Of a DNA stretch of 64,000 nt, positions 9,803 through 16,615 are shown in pieces. The DNA is from Burkholderiales bacterium. Its GTDB lineage: Bacteria > Pseudomonadota > Gammaproteobacteria > Burkholderiales > SG8-39. The notes beneath the pieces are model-generated. The model was not told the DNA's origin, did no database searches, and saw only the letters and a list, made by a program, of their open reading frames with translations. Position 1 is the first letter of the stretch; every line of letters starts with the position of its first letter. Both the position numbers and the translations under genes were made by a program. The stretch lies in contig JBARMB010000050.1 in the NCBI GenBank assembly GCA_049802235.1, forward strand, positions 87,577 through 151,576, in the 5' to 3' direction.

Positions 9803-10567
9803 ATGAGCAACGCACACAAGATCGTGGAAGCACCGAAATCAGGCGATCCGGTCGCAGCCGCGCTGATGGCAGACCTGGCCGCCGCGAGCCGCATCCTCGT
9901 CGCGCAGAATGTCGTCGACGGCTTCGGTCACGTCTCGATGCGCCATCCGTCGGCGCCCGAGCGCTATCTGATGGCGCGCTCGATTGCACCGGCATTGGTG
10001 ACGCCCGATGACATCATCGAATACGATCTGGACAGCAATCCCTGCAATGCCAACGGCCGCGGCAGTTTCCTCGAGCGCTTCATCCACGGCGAAATCTACA
10101 AAGCCAGGCCGGATGTCATGTCGGTTGTGCACAGCCATTCGCCGTCGGTGGTCCCGTTCGGGCTGGTCGGCGTGCCGATGCAGGCGATGTTCCACAACGC
10201 CGCCTTTATCGCCGCCGGCGTGCCGGTGTTCGACATCCGTGACAAGTTCGGCGCCACCGACATGCTGGTCGGCAACGGGCCCAAGGGCGTGGCGCTGGCG
10301 GAGGTCATGGGCAACAAGGACATCGTGCTCATGCGCGCGCATGGCAGCGTCGCCTGCGGACCGACGCTGCAGTCGGCGGTATTCCGCGCGGTGTACACCG
10401 AAGTCAATGCCCGCATCCAGCACTGGACCCTGGCGCTCGGGGGCGGTGCGCCGATGGCCGCGCTCGACGCTGATGAAGGCCGGCTCGCCGACGCCATCAA
10501 CCAGACCGCCGGCAAGCGCGCCTGGGACCTGTGGCGCAGCCAGGTCCGCAGCCAGGTCAACTGGTAG
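9803..10567 (+). CDS. Class II aldolase/adducin-domain protein
   Basis: The Zn-ligand His pattern (VVHSHSP...RAHGSV) and 254-aa length fit the family. It starts 1 nt after the previous stop codon. Confidence 0.8.
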   Translation: MSNAHKIVEAPKSGDPVAAALMADLAAASRILVAQNVVDGFGHVSMRHPSAPERYLMARSIAPALVTPDDIIEYDLDSNPCNANGRGSFLERFIHGEIYKARPDVMSVVHSHSPSVVPFGLVGVPMQAMFHNAAFIAAGVPVFDIRDKFGATDMLVGNGPKGVALAEVMGNKDIVLMRAHGSVACGPTLQSAVFRAVYTEVNARIQHWTLALGGGAPMAALDADEGRLADAINQTAGKRAWDLWRSQVRSQVNW

Positions 10568-10624
10568 CGCGCCGGTCAACCTGCAATATCCGCAATCCGC
10601 AACGATCACCGGGGGCAGTACGTC

Positions 10625-11296
10625 ATGTCAGAGACCGAATTGAAGCAGCAGCTCGTCGACTGCATCCGCATGCTCGAGCAATCCGACATCATCGACTACA
10701 ACGGCCATTGCAGCATCCGCGTCGACGACAACCGCGTCCTCATCAACATCGGCTCGTGCCAGCGCAGCCGGCTCACCGTCGATGACATCTGCACCATCGA
10801 CCTCGAAGCGAATCAGATCGAGGGCAAGGGCAATGCGCCGCTGGAGCGCCACCTGCATTGCGGCGTCTACCGGGTTCGGCCCGAGGTGAAGGCGATCGTG
10901 CACGCGCACCCGAAGTGGTCCACGTTCCTCACCATGGTCGGCGAGAGCTACCAGCCGGTGTACGCGCAGGGGTCGCTGGTCTATCCGGTGCCGCTGCTCG
11001 ACTCGCCGAACGCGATCAACAACCGGCCGATGGCCGACCGCCTGGCCGCCACGCTCGGGCAAAGGCCCGCGGCGCTGATGAAGTCGCACGGCGCGGTGAC
11101 GGTCGGCAAGGACATCGTCGAGGCATTCGTGCTCGCGAACTATATGGAGGAGAACGCCTACCGGCAGTACATGGCGCTGCAGATCGGCAAGCCTTATGCG
11201 TTCAGCGAGGAGGAAGTGGCGCTGTGCCGCGAGAAGCTCTGGAATCCGGGTCTGTTCAAGCGCACTTGGGATCATTTCCGCGCGAAGCTGGGGTGA
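10625..11296 (+). CDS. Class II aldolase/adducin-domain protein (second paralogue)
   Basis: IVHAHPKWS...KSHGAVTVG pattern; 223 aa. Confidence 0.8.
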   Translation: MSETELKQQLVDCIRMLEQSDIIDYNGHCSIRVDDNRVLINIGSCQRSRLTVDDICTIDLEANQIEGKGNAPLERHLHCGVYRVRPEVKAIVHAHPKWSTFLTMVGESYQPVYAQGSLVYPVPLLDSPNAINNRPMADRLAATLGQRPAALMKSHGAVTVGKDIVEAFVLANYMEENAYRQYMALQIGKPYAFSEEEVALCREKLWNPGLFKRTWDHFRAKLG

Positions 11297-11389
11297 TCCG
11301 CCGGGCGACTCGGTCCACCTCCGGCGCGAAAGCCGGAGTAAGCTAAGAGCAACGTTGCACAGACAACGCTTCTGAACCAGGGAGGCATC

Positions 11390-11842
11390 ATGCACCCGGA
11401 GATACACTTGAATTTCCCCGCGGTCATCGCGGCGGTCGTCGCCAGCATCATTTTCGGATGGCTCTGGCACGGTCCCCTGTTCGGCAAGAAATGGATGGCC
11501 CTCATGGGCATGCCCATGGACTCCAAGCCCGATCCCAAGGTGGTCAAGAAAATGATGACGCGCGGCATCGGGCTGATGGTGCTCGGCGGCTTCCTCATGG
11601 CCTGGGTGCTGACCTATACCTCCGATATCTGGCGCCCCTCGGTGTGGGGCCTGGGTCCGGACGCGCCGGCCTACGCGTACGGCTTCGCTACCGCATTCTT
11701 CACCTGGATCGGCTTCTTCGTGCCGCTGCTGCTCAACACGGTCGCATGGGAAAGCCGCAGCTGGAGCTTGTTCGGGATCAACGCCGGGTTCCACTTTTTC
11801 AACCTGAATCTCATGGCGTTGATACTTGCCTACTGGCGCTAA
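11390..11842 (+). CDS. DUF1761-like small membrane protein
   Basis: 150 aa with four hydrophobic segments and an N-terminus IIFGWLWHGPLFGKKWM typical of DUF1761 (recalled, not searched). RBS GGGAGG lies upstream. Confidence 0.6.
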   Translation: MHPEIHLNFPAVIAAVVASIIFGWLWHGPLFGKKWMALMGMPMDSKPDPKVVKKMMTRGIGLMVLGGFLMAWVLTYTSDIWRPSVWGLGPDAPAYAYGFATAFFTWIGFFVPLLLNTVAWESRSWSLFGINAGFHFFNLNLMALILAYWR

Positions 11843-11885
11843 GCAAGAGAATCGAAGGGGTCGGAGTCACCCCTCAAGCACTAAT

Positions 11886-11912
11886 GGTCAGTGAGCTGAC
11901 CCCTTAGGTTTT
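11886..11912 (+). terminator. Candidate intrinsic terminator hairpin (GGTCAG-TGAG-CTGACC) after the DUF1761 gene
   Basis: A perfect 6-bp stem with a 4-nt loop at 11886-11901 is followed by CCTTAGGTTTT. The U-tract is short and interrupted. The hairpin overlaps the left direct repeat. Confidence 0.35.
11892..11903 (+). repeat. Left copy of the 12-bp direct repeat TGAGCTGACCCC flanking the island
   Basis: Identical to 16604-16615. A second nearby near-repeat is GGGTCGGAGT (11858-11867) against GGGTCGGAAT (16595-16604). Confidence 0.7.
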
Positions 11913-11938
11913 GACAGGCCCAGTGAACAGAAAATAGT
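11911..11938 (+). promoter_or_regulatory. Candidate sigma70-type promoter for the island operon (TTGACA-N16-AATAGT)
   Basis: Perfect -35 TTGACA at 11911-11916 and a 4/6 -10 match at 11933-11938, about 55 nt upstream of ATG 11992 in an A-rich spacer. Confidence 0.3.
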
Positions 11939-11991
11939 GAAAAAAGTAAAAAAATAATAAGTAGTTCAGCGAAGTAGTGTAAGATTAAATA

Positions 11992-12246
11992 ATGATGCCT
12001 AATGCTCGACTCAAGGCCGTCACCCGTGAGGACGTCATTCGCGTCAGCAAGCGAATCGAACCAAAAACTATCCAGAAGTGGAGCGTTGTTGTAGGAAATA
12101 AAGAGTTTCCTATTAAACAGATTCTAATGGAGGCAGCAAATAGCATTACTTCCTCTGCTCCTCGTGTTACGCCTGCAGATTTCATCACCCATTCCGCAGT
12201 AAGCCGCCTCAAGACGCTTGGGTTTGCGGTTCGGTACTCCGAATGA
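11992..12246 (+). CDS. Small (84 aa) protein resembling the N-terminal putative DNA-binding module of McrB/HNH-type restriction proteins
   Basis: The pattern VTREDVIRV...KWSVVVGNKEFPIKQILMEAAN...TPADFITHSAVSRLKTLGFAV matches a module I recall at the N-termini of many type IV restriction/HNH proteins (itrEdv..., y.l...gk.yP.K.i...A, ...f.....a...L..LGF.v). No clear SD sequence. Its stop overlaps the next ATG (ATGA). Confidence 0.55.
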   Translation: MMPNARLKAVTREDVIRVSKRIEPKTIQKWSVVVGNKEFPIKQILMEAANSITSSAPRVTPADFITHSAVSRLKTLGFAVRYSE

Positions 12247-13589
12247 GAACTCAGAAGCGCTCGACAGTCGAGCTGTCGGATCTGCTAAGCGATTGCGATA
12301 ATCTAGCTCGGCGGTTTGTGGTGGAGGACAGAACTCGAGAGTTCGGAAAATTTCTGACATTTGAGCCCAATCTTTCACGGCCGATTCATCGCTGGTACAA
12401 ATTCAAAGAAGGATTCTCTCAGGAGTTGGTTGATCGCCTCCTAACAGAATATCGGCCGCCTTCGGCGAAGACCTTGGCATTCTTGGATCCGTTCTCCGGG
12501 GTTGGCACCTCGCTGCTGGCTGCTGAGGGGACATTGCGAAAGCTAGGGGCAAAGGAAATCCGAGTTCGTGGCGTCGAAGTAAACCCATACATGCACTTCG
12601 TGGGTAAGACTAAGCTGGACTGGCAACGTTACGATCCAGTCTTTCTCCGTCGCGCAGCTGCGGCCGCTACGAATGGGCTGGCCTTAAGAAAGAAGCCATC
12701 TATCCCAGGTCTGTCTACGATAAGAGATGCTAGGTTCATCGATCCGAATGACCTACAGAGAATCCTCGAGCTCCGAGACAAGGTCAAAATGGTTGCGCAG
12801 GGTCGTCCTGAGGTTCGCCCCCTGCTTCTTGGTCTTGCGGCTGGCGCAGAACGCATTTTCAATCTGCGGAAGGACGGTCGTGCTCTCCGTTTTACGCCTC
12901 GAGAGGGCGGCAAAAGCGTTGACGAGGAAATCGAGTGCGCATGGAATGATATTTCTGAAGATCTGCAGCTCAATGTTGAGAGGTCACCAGCTGACTGGAA
13001 GCTTGCAAAAGGCGACGGACGAAGAGTCGATCGGATATTCAGCCACGAAAAATTCGACGTAATCCTCTTTTCTCCTCCTTATCTGAATAACATTGATTAC
13101 ACCGAAGTCTATAAGATCGAGCAGTGGCTTTTGGGATTTCTGAATAGCAGTCCCGAGATGGTTGCTCAGCGCAAGCGAACCTTTCGCAGTCATCCGAGTT
13201 GTATATTTCCCGACTATCGAGACGCCAATACGGAGGAGGTTGTCAACATTCTGGGCGCGCCATTTCGGCGATTACTTGAATACGCTTCCCGCGAAGAGAA
13301 TTGGCGTCGCCGACTCTTTACTGGTTACTTCGCCGATATGTATAGGACGCTGTTAGCAAGCCGAAGGCTGCTCAAGCAGAGCGGTCGAGTATTTCTCATA
13401 GTAGGGAATTCCGTGCACGGAACGCCGGATCGTCCGATCCCTATTGCCGTTGATCTTTGGATCGCGAAGCTCGCTAAGGCAGCGGGCCTACGTGTGGAAT
13501 CTATTCTAGTTGGCCGATTGCTCTCGAGGCGACGCATGGAGTGGAATGGATTTCGTGAATCGATCATAGTCATGTCGAAGGCGACCTAG
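12243..13589 (+). CDS. Putative DNA methyltransferase (N4-cytosine or N6-adenine; SPPY catalytic motif)
   Basis: AdoMet motif I-like LDPFSGVGTS (aa 81-90, nt 12483-12512) is followed by GVEVNP. Catalytic motif IV is ILFSPPYLNNIDY (SPPY at nt 13071-13082). Motif I precedes motif IV by about 190 aa. VFLIVGNS lies near the C-terminus. Confidence 0.75.
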   Translation: MRTQKRSTVELSDLLSDCDNLARRFVVEDRTREFGKFLTFEPNLSRPIHRWYKFKEGFSQELVDRLLTEYRPPSAKTLAFLDPFSGVGTSLLAAEGTLRKLGAKEIRVRGVEVNPYMHFVGKTKLDWQRYDPVFLRRAAAAATNGLALRKKPSIPGLSTIRDARFIDPNDLQRILELRDKVKMVAQGRPEVRPLLLGLAAGAERIFNLRKDGRALRFTPREGGKSVDEEIECAWNDISEDLQLNVERSPADWKLAKGDGRRVDRIFSHEKFDVILFSPPYLNNIDYTEVYKIEQWLLGFLNSSPEMVAQRKRTFRSHPSCIFPDYRDANTEEVVNILGAPFRRLLEYASREENWRRRLFTGYFADMYRTLLASRRLLKQSGRVFLIVGNSVHGTPDRPIPIAVDLWIAKLAKAAGLRVESILVGRLLSRRRMEWNGFRESIIVMSKAT

Positions 13590-13591
13590 CT

Positions 13592-15535
13592 ATGGCACTC
13601 AGCAAGAAGGACAGCTCCCTTCGATTCGAAGCTAGCGCCAGACTACAGCGATTGTTCGGCCGCGAGCTTATTCCGGACGATGACTCAGCGGTAGAAGAGT
13701 TGACCAAGAACGCATATGACTCTAATGCATCGGAAGTTACGATCACAATTGTTCGTCCATCTGGCGATCGGGATGGAGAAATAGAAATACGAGATAACGG
13801 CCTAGGCTTATCTCTTACAGAGTTCAACCGTGTTTGGATGCGGGCTGGCTATTCAGAGAAAGCCGGACAGCCGCTTCCAGGTACTGGGCGAGTTCAGGTT
13901 GGTGAAAAAGGAATCGGGCGTTTCGCGGCAGATAAACTTGGCCGACACCTAATTGTGCTAACGAAGCCTCGTGGGGCCCGCGAAGCGCTAAAGGTGACCT
14001 TCGACTGGAGAAAGTTCGAGAAGAAGAAACTGTTGCTCTCTGATATTTCCAATCCATATGAACATGTGGACGAGCCTTTGCTTCCGAAGGGCTCCTCCGG
14101 GACGATTCTTCGAATACGCGGCCTACGTTCCGATTGGCCCGACAAGGCCATAGAAGAAATGCGCCGTCGCCTATCGCGCCTTTTGAATCCCTACGACAAA
14201 GGGCAGACTTTCCGAATCGTTCTAAATGCGCCAAGCCGAAAGCTGAGTGGGCCTATCGTCGGGAGCGAGATCAAAAATGCTGACTTCGAATGGGAAGTCA
14301 CGAGGTCTGCGCAGGGCACTATCCGTATGAAGCGACGGAACCGCGTGCAACGCGGTATTCCGGAATGGAGCGACTGGGAATCAGTGCTCATAACAAAAAA
14401 GGGGTCGGTCCCGGAGCAGCAAGACTTTGGTCCTGTAAATGCCCGCTTCTTCTTCTTTGTAGACCGACCGAAGAAAGCAAATATTGGTGATGCTATACCT
14501 GGTGTGGCTATTTACCGTGATGGCATGCGAGTAGAGCCCGCGGGATCGAGTAGCGCGGACTGGCTAGGACTACTAGAAAAGCGGGCAAAGCGCGCTGGTC
14601 ATATGCCGTTAGTTCCTTCTAGACTCTTCGGCTTTGTCAAGATCAGCCGCGATGAAAATCCGGAGTTGCAGGACGCCACAAATCGGCGCGCTTTTGTACA
14701 CGGCCCGCAACTTGATACCTTTCGGCAATTCTTGAAGGACAGACTAAGTGAACTCGAGGCACAAGTCGAAAGTGAGGTTGCCAAGCCCCGGTGGGAAAAG
14801 TCAAAGCAGCTTAAGAGCCAGAAGCTTCTTCAGGCGCGCTACAACACGGTTAGCATCATGTCCCTTAGCTTGGCTCACGAACTTAGGCAACCACTTCAGG
14901 CTATACAGACGGCCTCGGAGAATATTCGTGATTATCTTAAGCAGAAAGGCATCACAATTGCAGAAGTGGACTCTGGGACCGATGTGATTAGAAGAAACGT
15001 GGCACGGATTGAAAAACACATTCAATTTCTGAAGTCACTGGGATCAGGGCGACAAGAACAGGAATCATTCGATGCTGTTAAGGCAGCAGAAGAGGTAATC
15101 GGAGTATTTGGCGGGGTTGCGGCGGCGCAGAACGTTCAGCTTGTCCGAGAAGGTTCACCAAAATCGATGGTACTCAGTAACCACGCGACATTCTTAGCCA
15201 CGCTTACGAATCTTGTCCTCAATGCATTACAGGCCATTGAGGGACAGGATGAACAGAAACCACATCACATTCAAATAAAATTCGAGGCTGGGCGGAAGCT
15301 CACTAAGATACGAGTAGAAGACGATGGGCCAGGAATACCAGAGGCGAACCGCACGAGACTGTTCAAGCGCCTAACGACCAGCAAGCAAGGAGGCATGGGC
15401 ATCGGTCTCATTGTATGGCGCGAGGCCTTGCAGATGTTTAGCGGCGAACTGGAGTGCGAAAGCTTTAGCGACCCAACAACGTTTGTTATAACAGTTCCCA
15501 CGGGGGTGCCGGATGGCTCGAGTTCTTCTGGTTGA
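13592..15535 (+). CDS. Fusion protein: N-terminal MORC/paraMORC-like GHKL ATPase plus C-terminal histidine-kinase core (HisKA and HATPase_c); no TM or classical sensor domain
   Basis: N-terminal Bergerat motifs are EELTKNAYDSNA (N40), IRDNGLGL (aa 66-73) and GEKGIGRFAADKLG (aa 104-117). The H-box is SLAHELRQPL (His429, nt 14876-14878). The second GHKL module has NLVLNALQAI (N-box), VEDDGPGIP (G1) and KQGGMGIGL (G2). No hydrophobic segments. Confidence 0.8.
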   Translation: MALSKKDSSLRFEASARLQRLFGRELIPDDDSAVEELTKNAYDSNASEVTITIVRPSGDRDGEIEIRDNGLGLSLTEFNRVWMRAGYSEKAGQPLPGTGRVQVGEKGIGRFAADKLGRHLIVLTKPRGAREALKVTFDWRKFEKKKLLLSDISNPYEHVDEPLLPKGSSGTILRIRGLRSDWPDKAIEEMRRRLSRLLNPYDKGQTFRIVLNAPSRKLSGPIVGSEIKNADFEWEVTRSAQGTIRMKRRNRVQRGIPEWSDWESVLITKKGSVPEQQDFGPVNARFFFFVDRPKKANIGDAIPGVAIYRDGMRVEPAGSSSADWLGLLEKRAKRAGHMPLVPSRLFGFVKISRDENPELQDATNRRAFVHGPQLDTFRQFLKDRLSELEAQVESEVAKPRWEKSKQLKSQKLLQARYNTVSIMSLSLAHELRQPLQAIQTASENIRDYLKQKGITIAEVDSGTDVIRRNVARIEKHIQFLKSLGSGRQEQESFDAVKAAEEVIGVFGGVAAAQNVQLVREGSPKSMVLSNHATFLATLTNLVLNALQAIEGQDEQKPHHIQIKFEAGRKLTKIRVEDDGPGIPEANRTRLFKRLTTSKQGGMGIGLIVWREALQMFSGELECESFSDPTTFVITVPTGVPDGSSSSG

Positions 15536-16013
15536 TGACGAGAAAGATATCCGTGACATGTTTCTCGATGCGCTGAAACTGCACGGACATCAAGTGGATG
15601 TTGCCGCCTCCGCTGAGGAAGCCATGAAGCGTGCTGCGAATCGAAGCTATGACGTTGCAATAATTGATTACGTTTTGCCGGACAAGCGTGGCCTGGATCT
15701 CTTGCAGGAATTGCGCCGCCGCCAGTCCTTCCTGAGAGCAATCATTATCTCCGGACAGATTGATCACGACGTGCTTGATGCCGGTGAACTTGAGAGGCAA
15801 CTGAAAGAGCGTATCGCGGCAGACCGCTATTTGCCGAAGCCCACCAGTATCGATAGTTTAGTTCGAGCGATAGAAGATGTTCTCAAACCCACGGCTGCCG
15901 GTGATTGGAAGCAGATGGCTGCCGCTGCCGTAGCAGCGCAAGGTGTTAAGACCAAGCACGTAAAGGACATGGATCGCGCACTACATAAAGCGCGCAAGAA
16001 GCGTAAAACATGA
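15513..16013 (+). CDS. Stand-alone response-regulator receiver (CheY-like) protein with a basic C-terminal tail
   Basis: The receiver-signature residues I looked for (acidic pair, phospho-acceptor Asp, Ser/Thr, Lys) are all present: VLLVDDE (D8, D9), IIDYVLPD (D52), IIISG (S80) and LPKP (K109). There is no output domain. The tail is ...HKARKKRKT. It overlaps the kinase gene by 23 nt. Confidence 0.85.
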   Translation: MARVLLVDDEKDIRDMFLDALKLHGHQVDVAASAEEAMKRAANRSYDVAIIDYVLPDKRGLDLLQELRRRQSFLRAIIISGQIDHDVLDAGELERQLKERIAADRYLPKPTSIDSLVRAIEDVLKPTAAGDWKQMAAAAVAAQGVKTKHVKDMDRALHKARKKRKT

Positions 16014-16492
16014 TCTACGTTCTGGATACGTGTGCCTTAATATGGGCCTATCGGGAAAGATCCAAGTTTTGTCGCCGTTGTCGATACATAATTAGCCACT
16101 GTCAAGGGCGCGTATACGTCGCAGAGATAACCGTTCTCGAGATTGTTAGCGCGCTAGGAAGGACACATCGACGCGGGACAATTACACTTGGCGAGTACTC
16201 GCAGGCTAATCGCAGGTTTTTGCGCGATGTTGCTTCAGGCGCACTGGTCGTTATGTCATTACCCAGTTCGGAATTTGTCGCGTGTCGGGATCTATTGCAG
16301 TTGGTCGGAATTGACGCGGGCAGAAATCTCCAAACCCAAGATGCGATGGTCGCTTATACCGCTCGCCGCCTAGCTCTTGAGCGTGGCGAGGTAGTAAGGC
16401 TGCTGACTAGCGACCGGCGTCTTGCGGCGATCGTTAAGGAGCTACCAATCTTCAAGAACCTCGTCATTTCTGAATACCTCAATCCCAACTAA
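16010..16492 (+). CDS. PIN-domain nuclease (VapC-like)
   Basis: MIYVLDTCALIW (D6), VLEIV (E44), TQDAMVAYTA (D111) and LLTSDRRLA (D135) form the four-acidic-residue PIN signature. The ATG overlaps the receiver gene's stop (ATGA). Confidence 0.8.
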   Translation: MIYVLDTCALIWAYRERSKFCRRCRYIISHCQGRVYVAEITVLEIVSALGRTHRRGTITLGEYSQANRRFLRDVASGALVVMSLPSSEFVACRDLLQLVGIDAGRNLQTQDAMVAYTARRLALERGEVVRLLTSDRRLAAIVKELPIFKNLVISEYLNPN

Positions 16493-16603
16493 CCCAGCGG
16501 AGAACAGAGAACAAGAATCAGCACTTCAACCGCCCGGAACTCTGCGCCAGTCGTGCTTCTTCAGCCTATTGCCGATGGCGAGTAAGTCTGCTTAGGGTCG
16601 GAA

Positions 16604-16615
16604 TGAGCTGACCCC
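16604..16615 (+). repeat. Right copy of the 12-bp direct repeat TGAGCTGACCCC flanking the island
   Basis: Identical to 11892-11903. It lies 17 nt from the gor stop codon. Confidence 0.7.
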
